A stretch of DNA of 64,000 bases from a virus. The stretch spans positions 64,001 through 128,000 of the IMG/VR virus record IMGVR_UViG_3300045988_184160. One strand, written 5' to 3'. The notes beneath the pieces were generated by a model. It had not been told where the DNA came from and did not search any database. It worked only from the letters and a program-made list of their open reading frames with translations. Below are positions 44,231-53,952 of this stretch, piece by piece (the stretch's first letter is position 1; each line of letters begins with the position of its first letter). The translations under genes were made by a program, and so were the position numbers.

Positions 44231-45641
44231 CTTCCTCTACCCCATAAAAATGGAGCAGATTCCTACCAGTCACTACAACCAAACTAGGCTGTGGTGACTT
44301 TCGGCGGGTGAACAGCATCAACAATAACAGCGTTTGCTAGCAAACGTCTTACATTATCTCCGCAGTGTTCGTTTAGACTCTCGGCAAGACCTGCCGCGAG
44401 CATGATGTTGACTGCCGCGTTCCGGTCTCTATCCACGCGGGAGCGGCAGCTGGTGCAGACCCATTCACGGATGTTCAACGGTTTCCTGCCGTTGGGTGCC
44501 CCGCAGATTGAGCAGGTTTGGGTGGTGGGTGCGAACCTGTCCACACGGATGAGGGTCCTACCATAATCGGTGGCTTTCTCTGCGATCAAACGGGTCAGGT
44601 GCCCCCAGCTAGCATCCAGTATACTCTTACCCAACCTTGTTTTGGCTAGACCCCTGATTGTGAGGGTTTCCAGGGCGATGACTTGGTTTTCGTTAACAAC
44701 CTGGTTAGCCACATGATGTAAGTAATGGGCGCGGGTGTTCCGGGTTTTCGTGTGGGCTTTAGCTACCCTGAGCCGTTGCTTGGTGTAACGGTTGCTGCCT
44801 TTTTTCTTTCGTGAGAGTTGTTTCTGTAACCGGGATAGTTTCTTCTCTGCTTGTTTCAGGGGTCTAATGTTAGGGAAGACGGTACTTTCTCCGTTACTGT
44901 TCACCGTGATAGCCAAGTCTTTTAGCCCCATGTCCACACCCACAGCATAGGCGGTTGGTTCCGGCGCTGGGGTGGGGGTGGTTTCGACAACGAAAGACAC
45001 ATAATACTTGCCGTCCGCTTCCTGGATCAGGGTCACGGAGGTTGGGGGTGAGGGCAGTCCACGGGAGAGGCTGAACCGGATTTCACCGATCTTGGGTAGT
45101 TTCACGAAACCCACCCCGTGGCTGGTTTCCCTGACTTTGAACGCTTTGGATGTGAACCTAGCGGCTTGCCGGTTTGAGCGTCGCCTGAACCGTGGGGCAC
45201 CAACCCTGGCCCTCTGCGTTTACCCGTGACGGAGGCGAAAAAATTAGTGTACGCCCTATCCAAGTCCCGTAAGGACTGCTGTAAGGGTACAGCAGGGACG
45301 TCTCGCAGCCACGTTTTCCCTGGGGTGCGTTTCAGGCGGGTGAGCCTAGCGGAAAGCTCCCCACTGGAGGGCTTCCTCCCAGTTTCCTTATACTGCTCCA
45401 CCGAGTACGCAAGAGCATCATTAAAAACCACACGCACACACCCGAACAGGGCAGCAACCAACTGCTTCTGCCCTTTCCGGGGGTAGGCGCGGTAACGATA
45501 ACGCTTGAGACTCATGGCAACTATTATATACTGGGTGTCATGGGTAATACCACTAATATAATGTAAAGCCCCAGGTTTACCCCTAGTTAGTTGATTCAGA
45601 TCCACCCTAAAGAGTGGAGATGAATCAGGGAACTAGATAAA
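44227..45641 (-). mobile_element. IS200/IS605-family TnpB-only element, copy 2 (inverted relative to copy 1)
   Basis: The reverse complement ends in gaggaagtcaa at 44227 and shares the left-end sequence tttatctagtt at 45631-45641. Roughly 80% amino-acid identity to copy 1 by eye. Confidence 0.7.
44284..45515 (-). pseudogene. tnpB: tnpB disrupted by a single 1-nt deletion
   Basis: Track ORFs 45102..45605 and 44284..45114 are the two halves. Copy 1 reads ggg ggt agg gtt ggt gcc where copy 2 reads ggg cc agg gtt ggt gcc (plus-strand ~45206-45212). Shifting frame there restores RVGAPRFRRRS...GVGFVKLP. The true start is MSLKRYRYRAYP at 45515. Confidence 0.8.
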
Positions 45642-45684
45642 AAATACCCCGCAGAATTAGTGAAGAACGGAGGGACGCGAATAA

Positions 45685-47052
45685 TTGGCTCTCGGATCAA
45701 CGATTAACGCAACCCCAGATGTTACCCACCAGGACATAGTATCCGCCCTGCGTCCCACCGCCATGACCACTAACCAGTGGATGATCGACACCCCACGCGG
45801 GCATGGTGGGCGTCGCGGGCTGTATAAGCGTAATCTCCTGTGGACTGCTGGCGGGTTCATGGCTTTCATGCTCGTGTTCTTCATCATTTTCGGTGCGGGG
45901 GGTATCATCCCAGCCCTACAATTCTTGGTTTTTGCGGGGTTCCCCCTGTCCCTTTTCGTGCGTTTCTTCGTGTTCAAAGAACATCAGAGGCGTAAAGAGC
46001 TGAGATATCAGGATGAGTACGATTTGGAGATTGACCCCTCAGACTTTTTCACGCTCACAACCATCACCCCAGAGGGTGTCGGGTTCTACTCGGACAATAG
46101 TGCCGCTGTGATCCTCAAAGCAGACCGTAAACCTTCACTGGGGATGACGTTCGAAACAGCTTTTAATCAGAGGATGTTCATGCAGCACCTTCTGAACTCT
46201 TGGCATCAGCAGTCCGGTATCCAGTTCACCCACTACACTGTGAATCTTCCTAGTTCTTCTGTGGACCCGAGGTTCACGAAAATGTGGAATTTCATTTCTG
46301 ATCAGAAAGACACGGGGGCTCGTAAACTAGTGCGGGCAATGATTGACCAAGTGTATGAGGACGGGCAAACATATGTGTCCAGTATCGACTACTTCCTCAT
46401 CATTAAACGCCCTAGCCGGAGCATGTCTGATTTTATGGGCTATGTCAGTAGCCTACGTTCACATATCATCGACTCCCGCTCACCATACAGGTCATGCACC
46501 TACCTGGACTATGCGGGGTGGGAAGAGTTTGCGCAGCATATTACTGGTATTGAGAACTTTGATCTGCGTGAGATGATTGAGAAATCTCACCAGTCTGAGG
46601 AAGACCCGTTCAGGGTTCTTTGGGTTGAAGACCGTGAGGGTAACATTATCGCGTCTTATAACGATGTGGATAACGAGGATGACACTGAATATGGTGGCGA
46701 CGATAGTGCTTATGTGGAGCCAGTATTTGAGGAGCCTGAGAGTGGGAGCCTGTCATTATCTAAACTAGTCGCAAACGAGAGTGCTAGTGGTGGTGGTTTC
46801 GGGTTGGGAGTCCCCGCCTCTGCAGCTGTCGCTACTGAATCTGATACGGAAGAACCAGTAGCTTCATCTACCCCCCGCTCAGGTGGCTTCGGGTTATCTC
46901 TAACCAAAACAGGTGGCACCCTCTCAAACACTAATCAGGGCGGGCGCACAAATACTGCACCTGCAGCCCAGAAAAAACTTCCCACACCACGCCCTGCCCC
47001 CAAGAAAACTACGCCCGCGCGCCCTCAAAGAAGAACAATCACCCGACGATAG
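45685..47052 (+). CDS. membrane protein with two N-terminal TM helices, T4SS-associated candidate
   Basis: 455 aa. TTG start at 45685, or ATG at 45763. TM hairpin (GGFMAFMLVFFIIFGAGGIIPALQFLVFAGFPLSLFVRFFVF), a ~270-aa soluble domain, then a Gly/Thr/Pro-rich basic tail. Confidence 0.65.
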   Translation: MALGSTINATPDVTHQDIVSALRPTAMTTNQWMIDTPRGHGGRRGLYKRNLLWTAGGFMAFMLVFFIIFGAGGIIPALQFLVFAGFPLSLFVRFFVFKEHQRRKELRYQDEYDLEIDPSDFFTLTTITPEGVGFYSDNSAAVILKADRKPSLGMTFETAFNQRMFMQHLLNSWHQQSGIQFTHYTVNLPSSSVDPRFTKMWNFISDQKDTGARKLVRAMIDQVYEDGQTYVSSIDYFLIIKRPSRSMSDFMGYVSSLRSHIIDSRSPYRSCTYLDYAGWEEFAQHITGIENFDLREMIEKSHQSEEDPFRVLWVEDREGNIIASYNDVDNEDDTEYGGDDSAYVEPVFEEPESGSLSLSKLVANESASGGGFGLGVPASAAVATESDTEEPVASSTPRSGGFGLSLTKTGGTLSNTNQGGRTNTAPAAQKKLPTPRPAPKKTTPARPQRRTITRR

Positions 47053-47213
47053 ACAGAATACATGGGGCGAGCGCATATAAAACACTCCGCAGTTTCTCTT
47101 ACGCATATAAAAAACAATCCAGCACGGGTTGAAATTCGGTTTTCCATAACAAAAAATCGGGTAGAATTTTTATAGATAAAACCTGAAACCCGCAGAACCT
47201 AAGAGGTGGCGTA

Positions 47214-49208
47214 TTGGCTAAGAAAAACAAAAAAGTAGCTCTCATTATCCCTAAAATATATATAGGCATGATGGGACTCACTACACATGGGGAGCATAAA
47301 AACAATGCGGGAGATATCGTAACCCCGTACCCCAGTATCCAAGATTTCCTAGAGCAAATGGACTCTTACGAGATTCAATATTCTAGGGTTATCATTAGTG
47401 AATACGGCGGGTTGCTACTAGAGTTTCCCCAAGCATTAATAAAGAAAGAAGGGTGGCCTTTCAGTAAATATATTGGCACCCTACTGTCTGGAAACTCGAC
47501 TCGTGTCACGTTATCGCTCACAAATTACTATGAGCATAGGAAAGCCGAGAGAGGCGGCAAAGAAGGCCCGTTTGTTACCTCAGAACAGTACGATGATGTT
47601 GATGATGCCGATTTTTCAAACCCAGAATATGAGGGTCTAACAGAAGACGAAATACGTTACCTGAAACAGGAGGATGAGCTCAGGTTCATCCGAGAAGCCT
47701 ATAAGGAACGGGACGAACGGTACCAGCTGCTATCTGAGTACTATGAAGGATACGTAAACCCTCTCAAAGAAACCGGTTTTACTGTTGAGACAGTGTACGT
47801 CCCCGCTAACCCTGTAACCTATGAAAAGCTACCTGATGGGATGGGTAATGAAGATGAGTACCCTGCGCTCCCCGATATTTCATCGAACATTTGGGAGTAT
47901 ATAGGGGAGCTTTCTAACGACCCTAATATGCTCGCGAGTACATACTGGTTCGTCCCAGAAGGGCAAGAGCTAGGTCCAACTGAGGTGAAGGAATATCTTC
48001 CCTCCGCTCCATTCCATGAGCTGGCGAATAAGGTTTCTGACGATAATGTTGAGGTCAGTGAGTATCATCAGATGACCCCACGTGAGTATGATCTGTTTCA
48101 TTTCTTCGAGGGGATGCGTCGCAGGTTTGATACTACCCAGGGTGATGTTACCCATGATTATGATGATGTTTATGAGCATGAGGACACTGGGGAATGGTCA
48201 GCGACCGATGTGCAGGCAGGCTTAGGTGATGACTACGCAGAAGGTTATGTGCAGCCTATGGAGGAAGCCCCAGCACCCGTTAGTGCTCCGACCCATGACA
48301 CGTTAGGTTACTCGACCCCAGTGGAAGAACCACCTGCTGAGGAACCAGTCACAGAAGAAGCATGGGAACCTGCCCAAGTTGAATGGGTAAAACAAGAAGC
48401 ACCAGACAGCCAGTACGATGATGACACTTCACTAGGGTTACCAGTAGCAGACAACACCAGTGAAGCGATCATGCTCACCCCTATCCCTGTGGAAGACAAC
48501 CACCAGGAAGTGTGGGATAGCGCCCCATCATATGAACACCCCGTGCAGCAGGACTGGGGTGCCACCGCATATGATGACCCCGCACCCGCTACCGTAGCTC
48601 CTAAACGTGGACTACTGATCCTAGCAGGCGCACCAACCGCGTCGCTTGCTGACGAGATTTTCGGGACAATCCCCGATGACGGCTCGAAAGCGTGTGTAGT
48701 GAACCTTACTGGGCAGACCTACGGTGTTTCTGGCTCCGTGGAAAACCCAGCCGCCCTACTACGTGACGGGCACAGGCTCTCAGCTGGTGAGCGACCGTAC
48801 ACGGATCAGGGGATCGACTGGTACGCCCCGACACTGACTCACCCGTACAGCAGTGTGGCGGGTGAAACTAAGGCGCTTGGGGATAAGCTGCAGAGGCTAC
48901 TCTTGGAGTATGACCTTATTGTGGTTGAGTGCGCCTCCCCGTCGGTTCTTGAGATCATCCCCGCTGGTGTGCCTTACGAGTTGAGGTATGTTTTCGGTGA
49001 CAACCCCGAAAGCCTGTACCATTTCTTCGCTTACACGTCACTGATCCCCAAGGCTGTGCAGGGCACCGTGTACGAGAAGCTGCAGGTCACCCTACCCCCG
49101 CTCACGGATAATGTTACTGGTGAACCAACCGTGCTGGGGGATGACCTTGAGAAACACAAGAGGACGTACATCCCCTTCACCTACAACTGGCTCAGTAAGG
49201 TAGGGTGA
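47214..49208 (+). CDS. hypothetical acidic protein (664 aa)
   Basis: Long ORF with a TTG start after gaggtgg. Very acidic, Tyr/Glu/Asp/Pro-rich middle part. No firm motif. Confidence 0.65.
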   Translation: MAKKNKKVALIIPKIYIGMMGLTTHGEHKNNAGDIVTPYPSIQDFLEQMDSYEIQYSRVIISEYGGLLLEFPQALIKKEGWPFSKYIGTLLSGNSTRVTLSLTNYYEHRKAERGGKEGPFVTSEQYDDVDDADFSNPEYEGLTEDEIRYLKQEDELRFIREAYKERDERYQLLSEYYEGYVNPLKETGFTVETVYVPANPVTYEKLPDGMGNEDEYPALPDISSNIWEYIGELSNDPNMLASTYWFVPEGQELGPTEVKEYLPSAPFHELANKVSDDNVEVSEYHQMTPREYDLFHFFEGMRRRFDTTQGDVTHDYDDVYEHEDTGEWSATDVQAGLGDDYAEGYVQPMEEAPAPVSAPTHDTLGYSTPVEEPPAEEPVTEEAWEPAQVEWVKQEAPDSQYDDDTSLGLPVADNTSEAIMLTPIPVEDNHQEVWDSAPSYEHPVQQDWGATAYDDPAPATVAPKRGLLILAGAPTASLADEIFGTIPDDGSKACVVNLTGQTYGVSGSVENPAALLRDGHRLSAGERPYTDQGIDWYAPTLTHPYSSVAGETKALGDKLQRLLLEYDLIVVECASPSVLEIIPAGVPYELRYVFGDNPESLYHFFAYTSLIPKAVQGTVYEKLQVTLPPLTDNVTGEPTVLGDDLEKHKRTYIPFTYNWLSKVG

Positions 49209-49215
49209 AAACGGT

Positions 49216-50472
49216 TTGATTCACCTGGTTGCGGCGCTCCCGTTCATGCTCCCCATAAAGGGGCTTGCGCAGGCTAAGAATATTACCCTGCAAACGTCGC
49301 TTGTCACCGCCCTACGCAGTATGCGGGACGGAGATAAGCTGGTGTATGTGTCCTCGAAAGACACACCCTATGAGGCGTTAACCGCGTACTTCGAGTACGG
49401 GCAACCCAGTGGGCATGTTTTCTTGGACAAGGAAAAGAGCGCTGGGGCTGCTGACTTGCTTGTTGCTTGCGCTATCAGTGGGGACGGTTGGGGAGACGTT
49501 TCTGTGCTCCCGACTGACCCCGCTGATCTGGATGACTTCTTGGAGGCTTGGAAGCCGCGTCCCGCCACCCATAGGACTCTGCGGAAGCTAGTGGATAACC
49601 CGCGTGAGGGTCTGACAGGCGCGGATATGCTCGCCATTTCTAGGGAAGCGGAGGTTCTGATGTCTCAAAGTGAAAACGTTTTCGAGTTCCACGGAAAAAT
49701 TAAGCTCCTCGTAGAAGAAGCCATAGAAAAAAATAATGAGCTGAAACGAGAAAACCTGAAACACAAATCAGAAATCCAGAAACTAGGGCAAGGGCAAATA
49801 GTGGTGAGGGAAATACCGTCATCCACGAACATCCGTGGAGTGTACGACCCTATCCCCTATAAAGACCCGAGGCACACCCTGCTAGTCAAAAAAATAGGTG
49901 ACGCCCCGAAAATCGTTTCGTTCTTCCTAGCATTCAGGGAATGGTTGAGCCGGAAAAACCTCAACGCGAAGCTCGTCATATTCTACGATGGGACAGTGTA
50001 CAAGTCTGACAGGTACCGGAGGATCGGTGGTTTAGCTGGTATCCAAGCTGCAGCGACCAATGACAACATCACATCCCCCAAAGTGTATGAGAAACCGGTT
50101 ATCACCACCCCAGACGGTAGTAGGAGTGTGATGGAAGGTGTTCTAGCGGAGGAAGGCACCGACCTGCTGATCGTGTTGGACGTGAACGCCGCATCCTCAT
50201 GGGAGCACATCTTCCAGATCACCGGTTCATCAATTGAGACGCAGCTTCTATTCGCTGTGGGGTCAACCCAAGACGCTGAATACCTCATGGGGCAAGGAGT
50301 GGGGCCTGACGAGATAGTCTGCTCCCCAGGGTGCGCTGTGGACGGCTCCATCGTTGAGATACCGTTCCTCACCCAAGTACCTAAAGACCCAGCAGCCCGC
50401 ATGAACTTCCTCGTCACACAGTACGAGGGGGAGTTCAGGAACCTAGAAAAATTTTCCCGTGGAGGATGGTAA
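49216..50472 (+). CDS. hypothetical protein
   Basis: 418-aa ORF 7 nt after the previous stop, with no motif. Confidence 0.65.
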   Translation: MIHLVAALPFMLPIKGLAQAKNITLQTSLVTALRSMRDGDKLVYVSSKDTPYEALTAYFEYGQPSGHVFLDKEKSAGAADLLVACAISGDGWGDVSVLPTDPADLDDFLEAWKPRPATHRTLRKLVDNPREGLTGADMLAISREAEVLMSQSENVFEFHGKIKLLVEEAIEKNNELKRENLKHKSEIQKLGQGQIVVREIPSSTNIRGVYDPIPYKDPRHTLLVKKIGDAPKIVSFFLAFREWLSRKNLNAKLVIFYDGTVYKSDRYRRIGGLAGIQAAATNDNITSPKVYEKPVITTPDGSRSVMEGVLAEEGTDLLIVLDVNAASSWEHIFQITGSSIETQLLFAVGSTQDAEYLMGQGVGPDEIVCSPGCAVDGSIVEIPFLTQVPKDPAARMNFLVTQYEGEFRNLEKFSRGGW

Positions 50473-50475
50473 ATT

Positions 50476-52686
50476 TTGACAGTTGTTCACCAGGATAATG
50501 ACAGCGACCAGAAGAAAGGGTTCTGGTACCGCGCCCTAGATGCCCTAACAGGGTACCCCGTGTGGGCGCGGGTAATCGCGGAACGGGATAAACGTAACCG
50601 GTCAGACGCCTACCCCAAAAGGCGTGTAGACATGTATGCCACCAGTGACAGGATCTACATAGACACCGATAAGGTGATGTACATGTACACCATTGACGGG
50701 TACAGCAGGACCGTGCCCGTCCAGTGGAGGCATGACCTTATGCGCATCATCGAGGACGCCCCTGACATGAACATTAATTTTGAAGAGGTCATGGTCCGTG
50801 ACGAGTACGATTATTCGACAGGTAAAAATAAGAGCTGGCTTTCCCATGTTAAACGGCAAGAAGGTAAGGTTAACGAAGGTGACCTGCATAAAACCCTGAC
50901 CCCTGAAGAAGAAGAAGCGATCTCGAAAACTATGAGGCGCAGGGAAACCCTGCAGTACATTCTTTACACCAAAAAGAATGGGCACCGGCTACTCGCCCCG
51001 AAGCTCGCGGTGAAAGTGTTCGGTAAACGCGGTCACGACTTTGATCGCCACATCAGCGAAATCGAAGAATACTTCGAAAACAATGGTATCCAAGCTAACC
51101 GAGTCACAGAAGACATCCAAGAATACTACGGATTCTTCAGCCCGTTCAGCACCGACTCCAACAGCACCCAAGCATTCTACAAAAAATTGGGACACCAGAT
51201 GATGTCCGACGAACAAGTAGCGAACCTCTCATTCGACACAGGCGGCGGCATCATCGGATCCGGCGACTTCCTGCTAGGCGCAGACGTGTTCACAGGAAAC
51301 ATGGTTCTGACCACCATGAAGAAAGACTCCCAAGAGCCAGAGAATACGTGCATCATGGCTACTACCGGTGGCGGTAAATCGTTCAAGTTCAAATTTCATC
51401 TTGTCCAGTTCTTAGCGCGAGATAATTATGTTGCGACCATTGCAGATATTGAGGGTGACGAATACCTTCAACTGGCAACATACCTTGGGAAGACAGGTGT
51501 CTCTACCACTATTATCAAGATGGGTTTGGGTGGTGAAGATAACGATAATGTGCGCTACTATGACCCGTGTGAAATCCACAGTTTCGTGGCTGATGTGGAT
51601 GGTGAAGGCGACGAGAAGGGTATCAGTGGTTACACTAACTCTTACGACTCTGCACTGAAAATCATTCAGACCCTATGCTTCGGCACCAGCAAGCTAAACG
51701 AAGTGCAGAGGATTCTAACCGAAGAAATAGTTGGGCAAACATATCAGAGGCGCGGTGTTAACCCGTCAGATAAGAGCACTTGGGGGCGTTCTGCTGGTAT
51801 GCGTTTGCATGACATGTACGACACGGCGGTATGGCTACGTAATATGGCTAAATCTGGTGACCGGAACACCCTAGACGAATCGTCTACCCACATCATTGAT
51901 GCTATCCGAGAGTTCAAAGCATACGCCCAGAATCTAGCCACTATTACTGTCTCACTATCTAGGTATTTCACCCCCCAGGGGTCTAGGGCACACATTTTCA
52001 AGAACCGTATCACCCTCGACGAGTTCATTGACGCTAAGCTCGTGATCAACAGTTTCGGGCTGCGGTTCCAAGCGCAAGGTACGGTAGACCCTGTGCTTAT
52101 GGGTTTGGCGCAGCTGTATTCTTCGCAGATCACCTACCTGCGCACCCATTACGCTTTTTCTCGCGGGAAATACAGTGTCAACATGTTTGAGGAGTTCCAG
52201 CGCTCCATAGAAATTGATGGGCTGTACGAGCACCTGAAACAGATCCTTTCTGGTTCACGTAAAAATGGTGGGGTGAACTATGTGGCAACTAACGAGCCTC
52301 TGAAACTTTGCATAGAGAAACCTGATTTCTTTGAGAATATGCAGAGCTTCATTGTGGGTGGTATAGCATCTGACGCTGTTAAAGTTGTTGCCGAGAAGAT
52401 TCGAGCATCAGCCTATGTTGATATTCTCAAAAAGATTGCGGAGGAAAATAAGGATAATGAGGAGGAGCAGAAGCAAGCGCATTATAATCCTCTTCAAGGT
52501 AGGGAAATAGCGGACTATAAGAATATATACGACAACCCTTATAAACATGCCTTCTTTATTTTCAGGAAAAACGGTAGCCAAGTCGCCGTAACCCGCGCAC
52601 CTGCCCCACCTGAAATTATTGACAATGATTTATTCTATACTGGTGTTAGGAAAGTTGATGATAATGATAGGGTGGTGACCAGTTAG
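50476..52686 (+). CDS. VirB4/TrsE-like T4SS ATPase (candidate)
   Basis: 736 aa. Walker A in IMATTGGGKSFKF and a Walker B-like acidic box in VNMFEEFQRS. Size and position next to a coupling protein fit a VirB4-type energiser. Confidence 0.65.
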   Translation: MTVVHQDNDSDQKKGFWYRALDALTGYPVWARVIAERDKRNRSDAYPKRRVDMYATSDRIYIDTDKVMYMYTIDGYSRTVPVQWRHDLMRIIEDAPDMNINFEEVMVRDEYDYSTGKNKSWLSHVKRQEGKVNEGDLHKTLTPEEEEAISKTMRRRETLQYILYTKKNGHRLLAPKLAVKVFGKRGHDFDRHISEIEEYFENNGIQANRVTEDIQEYYGFFSPFSTDSNSTQAFYKKLGHQMMSDEQVANLSFDTGGGIIGSGDFLLGADVFTGNMVLTTMKKDSQEPENTCIMATTGGGKSFKFKFHLVQFLARDNYVATIADIEGDEYLQLATYLGKTGVSTTIIKMGLGGEDNDNVRYYDPCEIHSFVADVDGEGDEKGISGYTNSYDSALKIIQTLCFGTSKLNEVQRILTEEIVGQTYQRRGVNPSDKSTWGRSAGMRLHDMYDTAVWLRNMAKSGDRNTLDESSTHIIDAIREFKAYAQNLATITVSLSRYFTPQGSRAHIFKNRITLDEFIDAKLVINSFGLRFQAQGTVDPVLMGLAQLYSSQITYLRTHYAFSRGKYSVNMFEEFQRSIEIDGLYEHLKQILSGSRKNGGVNYVATNEPLKLCIEKPDFFENMQSFIVGGIASDAVKVVAEKIRASAYVDILKKIAEENKDNEEEQKQAHYNPLQGREIADYKNIYDNPYKHAFFIFRKNGSQVAVTRAPAPPEIIDNDLFYTGVRKVDDNDRVVTS

Positions 52687-52687
52687 T

Positions 52688-53779
52688 TTGGCTGCTAATA
52701 ATGATCGGATGAGACGTATGCCCCCTCCGAGGCGTAGTAGTGCCACGCGGGTGCAGGCTCAGCCCCGTGATAATTCTCGTGGGCGTGATTTGAGTCGTGG
52801 GCGGGAAGAGGAATCTGGGTTTAAGAAATTTATTAAATCTAAGCTTGTCATTGGTATAGCTATCGTTATTGCGGTGCTTGTTGCTTGGAACATGTTTTTC
52901 AAGAATACCCCGACCGTTGAGGAAGGTGAAGAGCCTACAGCTGCGGAGACCACCACTAAAGCTAAAACCATCAACGGTGGCACCGACACGAGTCTAGCGC
53001 AGATGCAGGACAGCCTCATCAAGCAGAACGGGCAGCCCCCGAAGGGTTTCGTGTGGGGCAAGGATAAGAAGCTTTGGTCTTTGGGTGTTGCTGATATGAG
53101 TGAGGATGACGCGGTAATAGGTTACCTACGTGCCCTGCAGCTGTTGGATATTAACCAGGCACAGCTTTTGAGTCATGACTCTAAGGTGCTGGAAACGTAC
53201 CGTTCCCTCGTGGAGAATAAGAGCAAATCAGCAGATAACGACTACCAGCGGGCATCATATATTGCTGCGATGCAGTCCATTGAGGTGAAGCAGATCCAGT
53301 CCTCCGCTGGGCAGGCTGATAATAAGAAAACCTACACTATTGATATTGAGATCGTGGATTTCTCTGACACCTCATTTATTGAGGCTAAGAAACATGAGTG
53401 GTTTGAGAACCTTTACCGGAAAGAAGTTGTTGAGGGCAACAGCACCGGTGCAGACAATTATGTTCAGGAAGAACTCACCAAATACTATGCCTCCCCAGAA
53501 GCTAAGAAGAAATCCGAAAAAATTTCCCTGTCCGTGGAGAAGCTAAAGGAAATCAACAGTGGTTGGCTGGTGCGTGGTGACGGTTCCCTGAACACCAAAC
53601 TAAAAGACAGCAGCTCAAAATCCGGGTACCAGGGGACACTGAAACACGTCAAGGACCAGTACGTCTCCTACCGTAAAGACCGCACCGCGAAAGAACAGCA
53701 AGAGAAACGGGACGCCGAGAAAGCTGCTGCTGAGCAGAAGAAAAAAGAGGAGCAGGGTAAGAAGGACGGGGGTAAGTAG
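52688..53779 (+). CDS. single-pass membrane protein, possible T4SS scaffold
   Basis: 363 aa. Basic N-terminus, TM helix VIGIAIVIAVLVAWNMFF, a ~250-aa external domain and a Lys/Glu-rich tail. Confidence 0.6.
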   Translation: MAANNDRMRRMPPPRRSSATRVQAQPRDNSRGRDLSRGREEESGFKKFIKSKLVIGIAIVIAVLVAWNMFFKNTPTVEEGEEPTAAETTTKAKTINGGTDTSLAQMQDSLIKQNGQPPKGFVWGKDKKLWSLGVADMSEDDAVIGYLRALQLLDINQAQLLSHDSKVLETYRSLVENKSKSADNDYQRASYIAAMQSIEVKQIQSSAGQADNKKTYTIDIEIVDFSDTSFIEAKKHEWFENLYRKEVVEGNSTGADNYVQEELTKYYASPEAKKKSEKISLSVEKLKEINSGWLVRGDGSLNTKLKDSSSKSGYQGTLKHVKDQYVSYRKDRTAKEQQEKRDAEKAAAEQKKKEEQGKKDGGK

Positions 53780-53784
53780 CTGAT

Positions 53785-53934
53785 ATGTTGTGGGTTTTCG
53801 TGCCGCCTATCCTGATTATCCTGTGCGCCTACATTGGTTCTCATAGGGATATGCCTACGCAAGCTAATGTTTTGGCGCATGTGTTCGGTATTGCTGTTCT
53901 CATGTTTCTGCTTGTTAACCGGATGTATAGTTAG
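53785..53934 (+). CDS. possible 49-aa two-helix membrane peptide (below the ORF-track cutoff)
   Basis: An ATG at 53785 opens MLWVFVPPILIILCAYIGSHRDMPTQANVLAHVFGIAVLMFLLVNRMYS, with the stop at 53932-53934. It fills the gap before the coupling-protein gene. Confidence 0.35.
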   Translation: MLWVFVPPILIILCAYIGSHRDMPTQANVLAHVFGIAVLMFLLVNRMYS

Positions 53935-53952
53935 AGGTAGGTTTTATCTTAC

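Noticed and set aside
44284-45605. Two separate minus-strand genes (44284..45114 and 45102..45605).
   Set aside because: They are collinear with one intact tnpB (copy 1) once a 1-nt gap is allowed, so they are treated as a single frameshifted pseudogene.
48590-49208. Degenerate ParA/CpaE-like fold in the C-terminus of the 664-aa protein (LLILAGAPTAS..., DLIVVECASP), and similarly in the 1..1352 product.
   Set aside because: There is no P-loop GK(S/T). The resemblance rests on hydrophobic-strand patterns only.
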